A stretch of DNA of 32,089 bases from Candidatus Magasanikiibacteriota bacterium (GCA_012800155.1 JAAZJX010000012.1:1-32089), one strand, 5' to 3'; numbered from the stretch's first letter, positions 9,803-18,242 are shown. Notes: generated by a model from the sequence alone, not told the origin. Translations and numbers: made by a program.

Positions 9803-9961
9803 ATGAGCCAAACTGGATTGATTATTTTATCCTTTACAATCCTAATATTATTAATAACTTACAAAATAAAGCCATTGATATTAAAAATGGTCATTCAATT
9901 CGGAGTCCTTGCCTTAATATTAGGATTAACACTCTTTTTCTACTTTCAGTCATTAAAGTAG
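9803..9961 (+). CDS. 52-aa two-TM membrane protein (absent from the ORF track)
   Basis: MSQTGLIILSFTILILLITYKIKPLILKMVIQFGVLALILGLTLFFYFQSLK; AGGAGA SD, upstream promoter, downstream hairpins. Confidence 0.72.
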   Translation: MSQTGLIILSFTILILLITYKIKPLILKMVIQFGVLALILGLTLFFYFQSLK

Positions 9962-9968
9962 TAGCCAA

Positions 9969-9993
9969 GGGGGAGGAATGGAGAACCTCCCCC
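9969..9993. other. GC-rich hairpin after the small ORF
   Basis: GGGGGAGG-9nt-CCTCCCCC. Confidence 0.65.
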
Positions 9994-10053
9994 AAACCCC
10001 ATCATAAAAAGTGAATTAAATCACTCTTTCAAATTATTAAAATAATTAAAAAT

Positions 10054-10086
10054 ATATAAACCTGTATTGTTAATACAGGTTTATAT
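10054..10086. terminator. Bidirectional terminator
   Basis: Perfect 15-bp arms ATATAAACCTGTATT-GTT-AATACAGGTTTATAT with A/T-rich flanks, between convergent units. Confidence 0.75.
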
Positions 10087-10124
10087 TTTATTTTATCAAT
10101 TATTCCTTTTATTAATTATTAAAA

Positions 10125-10168
10125 TCAAACCTACAACTTTATATTAACAATATATTGTTCTTGCAATT
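10125..10168 (-). pseudogene. tRNA-Asn relic A
   Basis: 34/44 identity (1 gap) to the intact tRNA-Asn; 7 of 10 differences are GC-to-AT transitions. Confidence 0.65.
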
Positions 10169-10223
10169 ATTAGTTCAAAGTTAATTCATCTTAAACAAAA
10201 ATTACTTTAACTACCAAAATAAA

Positions 10224-10383
10224 CTCAAACCTACAATAACCGCGTTAACCTGTCTACCAATCGCCTTGCTCTCCCGGTAGGGCTCGAACCTACAACATCT
10301 GCATTAACAGTGCAGTGTTCTACCAATTGAACTACAGGAGAGCATGACGGACAGACAGCGCATTATTACACCAACTCAACTAC
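10224..10383 (-). pseudogene. tRNA-Asn relic B, split at the anticodon loop (10224-10249 + 10357-10383)
   Basis: Joined halves align ungapped 41/53 to the intact tRNA-Asn and restore the CT-GTT-AA loop. Confidence 0.75.
10269..10341 (-). tRNA. tRNA-Asn(GTT), CCA not encoded
   Basis: TCTCCTG/CGGGAGA+G; D arm GTTC/GAAC; CTGCA-CTGTTAA-TGCAG; GTAGG-TTCGAGC-CCTAC. Confidence 0.97.
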
Positions 10384-10385
10384 TC

Positions 10386-10416
10386 AAAATAAAATACCCA
10401 CCGATCGGTGGGTATT
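10386..10416 (-). terminator. Attenuator terminator upstream of tRNA-Asn
   Basis: Perfect 24-bp palindrome AATACCCACCGATCGGTGGGTATT (10393-10416) running into TTATTTT on minus. Confidence 0.8.
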
Positions 10417-10433
10417 ATCTAAAAAAATAAAAA

Positions 10434-10511
10434 CTATACCACACCATCGGGAGATAACAAATTATTATTGTTATTTAATTGTCGCAAAGACAATTTTGAA
10501 TATAGTTTCAT
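10434..10511 (-). CDS. Putative poly-Asn leader peptide MKLYSKLSLRQLNNNNNLLSPDGVV
   Basis: 25 codons; AAT AAC AAT AAT AAT at 10461-10475; 3' end is complementary to the terminator 5' arm. Confidence 0.72.
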   Translation of the reverse strand: MKLYSKLSLRQLNNNNNLLSPDGVV

Positions 10512-10519
10512 ATATTTTT

Positions 10520-10547
10520 ATTTTAGCACTTAAATTTTAATTGTCAA
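10520..10547 (-). promoter_or_regulatory. sigma70 promoter for the leader peptide/tRNA-Asn unit
   Basis: TTGACA-16-TAAAAT with extended -10 TG; ATG 8 nt after the -10 box. Confidence 0.75.
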
Positions 10548-10601
10548 ATATAACTGTTGATAAATAAAAATTACAAAAAAATATTATTATAAAATAAAAA
10601 A

Positions 10602-11225
10602 TCAAGAAAAAACAAAAGAACCCCAATCATTAATTTTTTTTCCAATTTGAAACACTAAAAATTTATAAATTAATCTATGCAATTTTTCATACTCTCCTTT
10701 TTCAAATTTCAAATTAAAAATCAATTGCCAATCTCCTTCTAATAAAATAGTCAAATCTTTTTTCAACTCCCTACTCGTTTTTTCTACAGAAACAATATCT
10801 AAACCAAGATAAAATAATAATTTCACCACAAAACCATCCACCATAACTAATTTTATCTCTGAACAATTATTCACAAATTTCAACCAACTTTTTAATAATA
10901 TAAAAATTCTTTTATCTTTTTCTTCTATTTCCAATATTTTATTTAATAAACTTACTATAAACCCAGCTATCAAACTTTTTTGTAAATCTTGTCTAATATT
11001 TATAAAATAATCTATACTCTGCACTGCACCTAAATGATTCAATTCTTTACCTTTAATAATTTCTAATTCAACATAGGAAAACGGCTCTAAATGAGCCGAA
11101 TTTTTACTAATTATTTTTTTTACTCCCTTAGCCAAAACTTCCATTTTTCCTTTTTCTAAAGTTAAAAAAGAAATAATTTGATCTGATTCACGAAAATCAC
11201 GGCGTGCTAAAATTATCGCTTGCAT
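10602..11225 (-). CDS. recO: DNA repair protein RecO (short)
   Basis: AIILARRDFRESDQIISFLT...GKMEVLAKGVKK...LEPF OB-fold signature. Confidence 0.93.
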   Translation of the reverse strand: MQAIILARRDFRESDQIISFLTLEKGKMEVLAKGVKKIISKNSAHLEPFSYVELEIIKGKELNHLGAVQSIDYFINIRQDLQKSLIAGFIVSLLNKILEIEEKDKRIFILLKSWLKFVNNCSEIKLVMVDGFVVKLLFYLGLDIVSVEKTSRELKKDLTILLEGDWQLIFNLKFEKGEYEKLHRLIYKFLVFQIGKKINDWGSFVFS

Positions 11226-11229
11226 ATAT

Positions 11230-11592
11230 TTATTTGTCTAAATAAGTTTGCAAAATAAGCATGGCAGCTTTTTCATCCAAACTAACTTCTCCTCCCATTT
11301 CCATCGCTTCTGCCGTAGTCAATCTCTCATCCGCAAAATCAACTTCTACCTCTGTTTGTTTTTTTAATTCCTCAGCAAATTTTCTAATTCGTTTAGTATT
11401 TTCATTTTCTCCCATATTTTCTAAACCAAGAGGAAGACCAAAAATAACTTTATCTATTTTTTCTTTCTTGATAAGTTTTACTAATTGATCCAAAGAATCT
11501 ACTAAACCATAAGGTAAAATAATATCCAATCCAGTTTGCATCCAAGCTAAACCAATTCTTTTTTTTCCATAATCAACTCCAAGTATATTCAT
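11230..11592 (-). CDS. yqgF: YqgF/RuvX RNase H-fold nuclease (start moved to MNILG)
   Basis: ILGVDYGKKRIGLA, GLP, DERLTT, AAMLILQTYL. Confidence 0.95.
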   Translation of the reverse strand: MNILGVDYGKKRIGLAWMQTGLDIILPYGLVDSLDQLVKLIKKEKIDKVIFGLPLGLENMGENENTKRIRKFAEELKKQTEVEVDFADERLTTAEAMEMGGEVSLDEKAAMLILQTYLDK

Positions 11593-11593
11593 A

Positions 11594-12409
11594 TTAAAAT
11601 TTTTCTGATGGTCTTCTCGTGGCAACAATTGGACCATTCTTAGTAATAACAACTGTATGTTCAAAATGAGCTGATAAACTCTTGTCCACAGTAGAAATAC
11701 TCCAACCATCAGCAGCAGTTTCTACATTATAATCCCCCATAGTTACCATTGGTTCAATAGCAATCACCACTCCTTCATGTAAATCCCATTTTTGCAATTG
11801 CTGATCATAATAATTTGGCACTTTTGGATCTTCATGAACAGAATGTCCTACCCCATGACCTACTAAATCTCTCACAATTCCATAACCTTGTGGTTTAATA
11901 TAATCTTCTATTGTTTTACCAATATCAGCAATATTATTACCAACTACAGCAGCAGCAATCCCCTTTTCCAAAGACTCCTGAGTTACTGATAATAATTGTT
12001 TTATTTTTTGAGAAACTTCACCAACTGGAATTGTAATAGCTGTATCTGTAAAAAAACCATTGCCATTTTCTCCTAAACCAGAATTGACTGGCCATTGCAT
12101 ACCAATATCAATACTAAAAATATCTCCTTCTTTTAATATCTTCTCTTTAGAAGCAATTCCATGTACAACTTCTTCATTTACTGAAGCGCAAATTGTAGAA
12201 GGAAATGGCGGTTCACCTCTATAACTACGATAATTTTTGAAAGCTGGTCGTCCACCTGCCTCACGAATCAACTTTTCAGCTTCTTGATCTATTTCCCAAG
12301 CTGAAATACCCGGTTTAACCATTAAAGAAATTTTTTCTAAAATTTCCCCAATTATTTTTCCTCCTTCAATTATTTTGTTCACCTCTTCTGGTGATTTTAT
12401 ATATGCCAT
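11594..12409 (-). CDS. map: Methionine aminopeptidase type I (start moved to MAYIK)
   Basis: CASVNEEVVHG, DIG, DTA, GHGVG, HEDP, IEPM, AHFEHT. Confidence 0.97.
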   Translation of the reverse strand: MAYIKSPEEVNKIIEGGKIIGEILEKISLMVKPGISAWEIDQEAEKLIREAGGRPAFKNYRSYRGEPPFPSTICASVNEEVVHGIASKEKILKEGDIFSIDIGMQWPVNSGLGENGNGFFTDTAITIPVGEVSQKIKQLLSVTQESLEKGIAAAVVGNNIADIGKTIEDYIKPQGYGIVRDLVGHGVGHSVHEDPKVPNYYDQQLQKWDLHEGVVIAIEPMVTMGDYNVETAADGWSISTVDKSLSAHFEHTVVITKNGPIVATRRPSEKF

Positions 12410-12410
12410 A

Positions 12411-13073
12411 TTATGAAAGTAAAATTTTACAAACTTCTTCATCTACTTTGTCTATATTTTTTTCTCCATCCACATTTACCAAAAGACCTAATTCTTGATA
12501 ATAATTTAAAATTGGTTCAATTGCTTTATTACCTTGATCTTCAATTCTTTTTTTAATAGTATCAGGATTATCGTCTTTTCTAATAATTAATTTATCACCA
12601 CATTCTGGACAATCAATTTTTAATTCATTTTCTAATGAATAAGGTAAAATAAAACCACAACTTGGACAAACTTTTCTTTTTGTTAAACGATTCCAACTTG
12701 TTTCATCAGACAATTTTATTTCAATAACAATCACTTCATCTGCTACATTTTTTTTAATAAAAAACTTTTGATATTCTTTGGCTTGATCAACATTTCTAAT
12801 TGCTCCATCCAAAACAATTCCTTGATTATTATTTAAATATTTTTCAATTTCTTTAAATGCTAATTTGTAAATTAAATCATCAGCAACCAATTTGCCAGCT
12901 TTCATATCAGCTAACATTTTTTTATCTTCTAAATCGCCATCTGGATCAGCATCCAAAGCCCGCAATAAATCACCAGTTGAAATATGACCATAATTAAATT
13001 TTTGTTTTAATATTCGAGCTTGAGTTCCTTTTCCACTCCCTGGCACTCCCATTAATATTATAATTTTTTTCAT
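12411..13073 (-). CDS. adk: Adenylate kinase with Zn lid
   Basis: GVPGSGKGTQA, HISTGDLLR, CPSC/CPEC, RKDD. Confidence 0.96.
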   Translation of the reverse strand: MKKIIILMGVPGSGKGTQARILKQKFNYGHISTGDLLRALDADPDGDLEDKKMLADMKAGKLVADDLIYKLAFKEIEKYLNNNQGIVLDGAIRNVDQAKEYQKFFIKKNVADEVIVIEIKLSDETSWNRLTKRKVCPSCGFILPYSLENELKIDCPECGDKLIIRKDDNPDTIKKRIEDQGNKAIEPILNYYQELGLLVNVDGEKNIDKVDEEVCKILLS

Positions 13074-13185
13074 AAAACTTAGCTTAAATTAGCCAAGATT
13101 ATGATAACATAATTATTTCTCTTTGACAAGGTTATAATTAAAATTTATTCAAAAAAAATAATTTTTAACCTTTAAATTTAATAAA

Positions 13186-13215
13186 AAAATAACCGATATT
13201 TAAATCGATTATTTT
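13186..13215 (-). terminator. Terminator after secY
   Basis: AAAATAATCGAT-6nt-ATCGGTTATTTT then a T run on minus. Confidence 0.6.
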
Positions 13216-13244
13216 AATTTATAAAATTTATTATTTACTATTTT

Positions 13245-14516
13245 TTACATTCTATCATATTCATGAATCTCAATTTGAGAATCAATTTGTTTAGCTGTCT
13301 CAATAGCTACGGCAACAACAATCAATAAACTTGTACCTCCAATCACTAATGATTGAGAACCAGTAAAAGCTTTCAAAATTAATGGCAAAATAGCAATCAA
13401 ACCAAGAAATGTAGCACCAAGAAAAATCAATTTACTCATAGTTTTAGCTAAATATTCTTCAGTCTGTTTACCAGGACGAATACCTGGAATAAAACCACCT
13501 TGTCTTTGTAAATTTTCAGCAATCTTTTGAGGATGGAAAATAACTGCAGTATAAAAATAAGTAAAACCAAAAACTAATAAAAAATATAATATTGCGTAAA
13601 ATAATTGATTATTAAATAAATTAATAACTCCCAAAGATAATTTAGCCATTATTCCAGATCCATTAACAAAAAACTGAGCAATCATTGGTGGAAATAATAC
13701 TAATGAAATAGCAAAAATGATTGGAATTACCCCTGTCATATTTACTCTCAAAGGTAAATGAGTAGAACTACCACCATAAACTTTATTACCACGAATTTGT
13801 TTAGCATAACTTACTGGAATATTACGCTGTCCTTCAGAAATTATTACTACACCAACTATGGTAATTACTGCTACACCTAAAAATAATAAATAAGTATATA
13901 AATCAGCTGGATTATAATTGACTATTACATTTTGAACAACCTGTGGCAAACTAGAAACAATACCAGCAAAAATCAAAAGAGAAAGACCATTGCCAATCCC
14001 TTTTTCAGTAATCAATTCACCAATCCACATCAAAAATATCGTACCAGCAGTAATAGTAAGCATCACAGCAATCAAGTTAAATGTATTCAGATCTGGTAAA
14101 ATTCTATTTTGTGATTGTCCTAAAAGTTTTATCATTGCATAAGCTTGTAAAAAAGCTAGAGGTACAGTAGCCAAACGAGTATACATATTTATTTTTTGTC
14201 TTCCAGATTCACCTTCTTTTTGCATTTCTTCTAATCTAGGAACTACCATAGTTAAAAGTTGGAAAATAATAGAAGCTGTAATATATGGTGAAACACCAAG
14301 CATTACTACAGAAAAATTTTGCATAGTACCACCAGAAAAAATATTCATCAAACCTAAAATTTGATTACTAGCAAAATATTCTTTTAGAGCAAGAGAATCT
14401 ACTCCTGGAATAGGAATATGGGCAGCCAAGCGAAAAATTACCAACATACCTAAAACAAAAAGAATATTCCTACGAAGATCTTTTATATTCCAAATTTTTC
14501 TAATTTTTTCCCACAT
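13245..14516 (-). CDS. secY: Preprotein translocase SecY
   Basis: LGVSPYITASII, GIGNGLSLLIFAGI, GGFIPGIRPG, GGTSLLIVV. Confidence 0.99.
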   Translation of the reverse strand: MWEKIRKIWNIKDLRRNILFVLGMLVIFRLAAHIPIPGVDSLALKEYFASNQILGLMNIFSGGTMQNFSVVMLGVSPYITASIIFQLLTMVVPRLEEMQKEGESGRQKINMYTRLATVPLAFLQAYAMIKLLGQSQNRILPDLNTFNLIAVMLTITAGTIFLMWIGELITEKGIGNGLSLLIFAGIVSSLPQVVQNVIVNYNPADLYTYLLFLGVAVITIVGVVIISEGQRNIPVSYAKQIRGNKVYGGSSTHLPLRVNMTGVIPIIFAISLVLFPPMIAQFFVNGSGIMAKLSLGVINLFNNQLFYAILYFLLVFGFTYFYTAVIFHPQKIAENLQRQGGFIPGIRPGKQTEEYLAKTMSKLIFLGATFLGLIAILPLILKAFTGSQSLVIGGTSLLIVVAVAIETAKQIDSQIEIHEYDRM

Positions 14517-14587
14517 AAATTAACCAATATAGAATTTATGATTTTATTAATTTACAAAATTATAAATAAAAATCTATATACTCGTAA

Positions 14588-15031
14588 TTAGAATTTTATT
14601 GAACCACCCACTTTTTCAATCATTTCTACAGCTTTTTTACTAGCCAAACAACCATTAATTTCTACTTTCTTTTTTAATTCACCACTAGACACAATTTTTA
14701 CACCATTTTTAGCAGAAGAAATTACACCTTTTTTTTCTAAAAAAATTGGAGTAATAATTTTATTATCTTCAGCCACTTTTTCTAACATAGCCAAAGTAAC
14801 AGTTTCTTTTGTTTTTTGTAAAGTTTTGAAACCTCTCAATTTAGGTACTTTTTGTAAAGAAGCCTTGAAGGCTCTAATTTGTCGTCTACTTTTCCCTCCA
14901 GAACGAGCTTTTTGTCCTTTTGTACCACGCGCAGCAGTTGTACCTTTTCCAGAACCAATTCCCCTACCAAGACGCTTACTTTTTCTCTTAGCGCCTTTTG
15001 CTGGTTTAATTGTATTTGGAGATAAACTCAT
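14588..15031 (-). CDS. rplO: Ribosomal protein uL15
   Basis: RLGRGIGSGKGTTAARGTKGQKARSG. Confidence 0.98.
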   Translation of the reverse strand: MSLSPNTIKPAKGAKRKSKRLGRGIGSGKGTTAARGTKGQKARSGGKSRRQIRAFKASLQKVPKLRGFKTLQKTKETVTLAMLEKVAEDNKIITPIFLEKKGVISSAKNGVKIVSSGELKKKVEINGCLASKKAVEMIEKVGGSIKF

Positions 15032-15039
15032 ATTAAAAA

Positions 15040-15639
15040 TTATTTACTTTCTTTCTTAGTAGTTTTTATTTTTGTTTCAGTTTTAACTTTTTTGATAACT
15101 TTTTTTTCTTCTTTTTTAGGAGTAGTTACAATATCAGACTTTTTGTCAACTTTTTTAATTGCTTTTACTTTAAATTTTTTCAAAGCAGCAAAAGTAGCTT
15201 TGATATTATTCATTTTATTATTTGTTTTACCAAGTATTTTGGCAGATATATTTTGTATACCCGCCATTTCCAAAACTGCTCTAACTGAACCTCCAGCAAT
15301 AACTCCAGAACCTTGTGGAGCTGGTCTTAATAATACTTTTGCAGCTCCAAATTTAGCTTCAGACATATGAGGAATAGTACCATAAGTTGTAGGAATAGTA
15401 ATCAAATTTTTCTTAGCATGATTAACTGCTTTTTCAACTGCAATTTGCACATCTTTACCTTTTTCTACACCATAACCAACACGACCCTTATGATCACCTA
15501 TCAAAACAACAGCTCGAAAACTAAGTTGTTTTCCACCTTTGGTAACACGAGTAACACGAGCTAAGTCCACAATCTGTTGATCAAATTCTGGCTTTTCTTT
15601 AGGCATTTTTTTCTTTCTAAATTTATTATTGATAGCCAT
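15040..15639 (-). CDS. rpsE: Ribosomal protein uS5 with Lys-rich tail
   Basis: RVTRVTKGGK, PAPQGSGVIAGG. Confidence 0.98.
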   Translation of the reverse strand: MAINNKFRKKKMPKEKPEFDQQIVDLARVTRVTKGGKQLSFRAVVLIGDHKGRVGYGVEKGKDVQIAVEKAVNHAKKNLITIPTTYGTIPHMSEAKFGAAKVLLRPAPQGSGVIAGGSVRAVLEMAGIQNISAKILGKTNNKMNNIKATFAALKKFKVKAIKKVDKKSDIVTTPKKEEKKVIKKVKTETKIKTTKKESK

Positions 15640-15676
15640 AACAACTTATTATTATAAACAAAATAAAAATTTAAAA

Positions 15677-16039
15677 TTAAAATATTAAACCATTTTCACG
15701 AGCACCTTCTGCCAAAGCAGCAATTCTACCATGATATTTATTTCCTGCTCGGTCAAATACTATTTTAGTAATTCCTTTAGCTTTAGCTTGAGTAGCAATT
15801 TCTTTACCTACTAAATAAGCCAAAGCTGTTTTACCTTTATATTCTTTTGCTTCACCTGGTTTAATTTTTTTACTATGTACTGAAACAAGAGTCTTTCCTG
15901 CAACATCATCAATTAATTGAGCAAAAATATTTGTTAAACTACGATGAACATTTAATCTAGGTTTTTCAGCAGTACCAGAAATTTTTGCTCTAATTCTGTT
16001 TTTGCGTCTTTCTAATTTTAAACTTTTCTTATTAAGCAT
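15677..16039 (-). CDS. rplR: Ribosomal protein uL18
   Basis: [21 protein letters not shown]. Confidence 0.98.
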   Translation of the reverse strand: MLNKKSLKLERRKNRIRAKISGTAEKPRLNVHRSLTNIFAQLIDDVAGKTLVSVHSKKIKPGEAKEYKGKTALAYLVGKEIATQAKAKGITKIVFDRAGNKYHGRIAALAEGARENGLIF

Positions 16040-16067
16040 ATTTTTAAAGAATTATTCCAAATGATTA

Positions 16068-16616
16068 TTATTCACCTTTACCAGCAGTCTTTCCAGCTTT
16101 ACGACGAATTACTTCTTCAACATACTTTATACCCTTACCTTTATAAGGTTCTGGTTTACGAACTGCTCTTAATTCAGAAGCTGTCTGTCCAACCAATTCT
16201 TTATTCACTCCTTCTAAAGTAATCACATTTTTTTCCACAGATGCTTGAACACCTTCAGGTATATTGAAAATAACTGGATGAGAAAATCCAACTTCTAATT
16301 TTAAATCTTTACCTTGCATTGCTACTTTATAACCAACACCATTAATTTCTAATTGTTTTTTAAATCCTTGAGAAACACCTAAAATCATATTTTTTAAATG
16401 TGAAGAATAAGTGCCCCAAAGTGATACTTCGTCTTTTTTTTCTTTATTTTTAATATCTACTCCAACAACATTATCTTCTTTAATCAAAATAACACGAGAA
16501 TCAAAAACACGTTCATTTTGACCTTTTGGTCCTTTTACCAAGATAGTATTATTCTCTTTAACTTCTACAGTAACACCAGCTGGTAATTCAATTTTTTGTT
16601 TTCCTATACGTGACAT
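16068..16616 (-). CDS. rplF: Ribosomal protein uL6 (start moved to MSRIGK)
   Basis: MSRIGK, GVGYK, RKPEPYKGKGI. Confidence 0.98.
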   Translation of the reverse strand: MSRIGKQKIELPAGVTVEVKENNTILVKGPKGQNERVFDSRVILIKEDNVVGVDIKNKEKKDEVSLWGTYSSHLKNMILGVSQGFKKQLEINGVGYKVAMQGKDLKLEVGFSHPVIFNIPEGVQASVEKNVITLEGVNKELVGQTASELRAVRKPEPYKGKGIKYVEEVIRRKAGKTAGKGE

Positions 16617-16627
16617 AAAACAATTAA

Positions 16628-17017
16628 TTAGTAAACAGAACAAATAATTTCACCGCCAATTCCTTGAGCTCTAGCTTCTTTATTAGTCATAATGCCTTTG
16701 GAAGTAGAAATAATAGCAATTCCATAATCATTAAGAATTTTTGGTAAATCATTTTTTTGTAAATAAACACGATGTCCTGGCTTACTTTCACGTTTGAGAG
16801 ATTGAATCACAGGTTTTTTTCCATTATATTTCAATTCCACTATTAAAACAGGGTGAGTCTCTCCACTCTCTTCTACTTTTCCCACATAACCTTCTCTACT
16901 TAATAACTCAACAATTACCTTTTTTAATTTTGAAAAAGGAATTTCCACTGTTTTCTTGTGGCTTAATTGAGCATTTCGTATGCGAGTTAACATGTCAGCA
17001 ATTGGATCAGTCATCAT
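16628..17017 (-). CDS. rpsH: Ribosomal protein uS8
   Basis: TDPIADMLTRIRNA, ISTSKGIMT. Confidence 0.98.
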   Translation of the reverse strand: MMTDPIADMLTRIRNAQLSHKKTVEIPFSKLKKVIVELLSREGYVGKVEESGETHPVLIVELKYNGKKPVIQSLKRESKPGHRVYLQKNDLPKILNDYGIAIISTSKGIMTNKEARAQGIGGEIICSVY

Positions 17018-17053
17018 ATTATATATTTGATATTTATCATTAAATTATTAAAA

Positions 17054-17239
17054 TTACCAACTGGATTTTCTAATTCCAGGCAATTTGCCATTATTAGCAA
17101 GTTCACGAAAACAAATACGACATAAACCAAACTTTCTCATAAACCCGCGTTTACGCCCACATCTCCAACAGCGTCTTACTATTCGTGTACTATATTTTGG
17201 TGTCTTATTTGATTTTGCTTTTTGTGATTGTGTAGCCAT
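17054..17239 (-). CDS. rpsN: Ribosomal protein uS14, Zn-binding type Z
   Basis: RCWRCGR...[11 protein letters not shown]; start moved to MATQ. Confidence 0.97.
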   Translation of the reverse strand: MATQSQKAKSNKTPKYSTRIVRRCWRCGRKRGFMRKFGLCRICFRELANNGKLPGIRKSSW

Positions 17240-17250
17240 AGCTTCCAAAA

Positions 17251-17802
17251 TTATTTATCATCTTTTTTAAATGGAAAACCCATTTTTTCTAATAAAGAAT
17301 AACCTTCTTTTTTATTTTTTGCAGTAGTATTGATCACCACTTGTAAACTATGAATCTGATCAATCGCATCACTTTTTATCTCTGGAAAAGCAATATTCTC
17401 TTTAAAACCAATAGAATAATTTCCATTAATATCAAATGATTTTGGATTTATTCCTCGAAAATCTCTTACTCGAGGCATAGTAACATTAATCAATTTATCA
17501 ATAAAATCATACATTTTTTTACCACGCAAAGTAACTGAAGCACCAATATTCATACCTTCTCTAATTTTAAAATTTGAAATTGATTTAGTAGCTTTATTAT
17601 GAACTGGTTTTTGTCCAGAAATAGCAGATAAAGTTCTTTCAACATTTTCTATAAAATTATTTTCTTTAGCATGCTTGCCATAACCAACATTCAAAGTTAC
17701 TTTAACAATTTTTGGCACTTGCATAGTATTTTTATAACCAAACTCTTCCTGCAAAGCTGGAACTACTTCTTCTTTATATTTTTTATACAATCTTGATTCC
17801 AT
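17251..17802 (-). CDS. rplE: Ribosomal protein uL5 (start moved to MESRL)
   Basis: [20 protein letters not shown]. Confidence 0.98.
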   Translation of the reverse strand: MESRLYKKYKEEVVPALQEEFGYKNTMQVPKIVKVTLNVGYGKHAKENNFIENVERTLSAISGQKPVHNKATKSISNFKIREGMNIGASVTLRGKKMYDFIDKLINVTMPRVRDFRGINPKSFDINGNYSIGFKENIAFPEIKSDAIDQIHSLQVVINTTAKNKKEGYSLLEKMGFPFKKDDK

Positions 17803-17824
17803 ATATAATATTTGAAAGTAATTA

Positions 17825-18145
17825 TTAATCAATATATTCTCCACTTACTTTGGCTACTCTTTTCTTTTCTTTGCCTTCAAATTTATAACCGATTCTAGTA
17901 GGTTTATTTGACTTAGGATCAATCAACATAACATTACTAATATTAATTGGAGCTGGCAATTCAATAATTCTACCTTTTTCACCTTCTCTACGAGGACGCA
18001 TATTTTTTTTCAAAATATTAACATTCTCTACTACAACATAACTTTGTCCTTTTTTATCATTAATAAAAACTTGAATTACTTTTCCAGTCTTTCCTTTATC
18101 TTTTCCTACTAATACTTTTACTTTGTCACCGGTTTTTATTTTCAT
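17825..18145 (-). CDS. rplX: Ribosomal protein uL24
   Basis: KOW motif GDKVKVLVGKDKGKTGKV. Confidence 0.98.
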   Translation of the reverse strand: MKIKTGDKVKVLVGKDKGKTGKVIQVFINDKKGQSYVVVENVNILKKNMRPRREGEKGRIIELPAPINISNVMLIDPKSNKPTRIGYKFEGKEKKRVAKVSGEYID

Positions 18146-18242
18146 AATATTGATTTAAACTTATTTATACTGATTTTGCAAATTAATTTAACTTTTTAAT
18201 TACTCAATTAATTTATTATTTAATCTATAAATTATTAATTTT

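Noticed and set aside
10250-10356. Group I intron in the tRNA anticodon loop
   Set aside because: The 107-bp insert is mostly an intact tRNA with no intron core, and the outer halves are decayed.
18146-18242. AT-rich gaps at rplN-rplX, rplO-secY, asnS-methyltransferase and eno-trmD
   Set aside because: No convincing ORF or GC-supported structure; possibly decayed remnants but not demonstrable.
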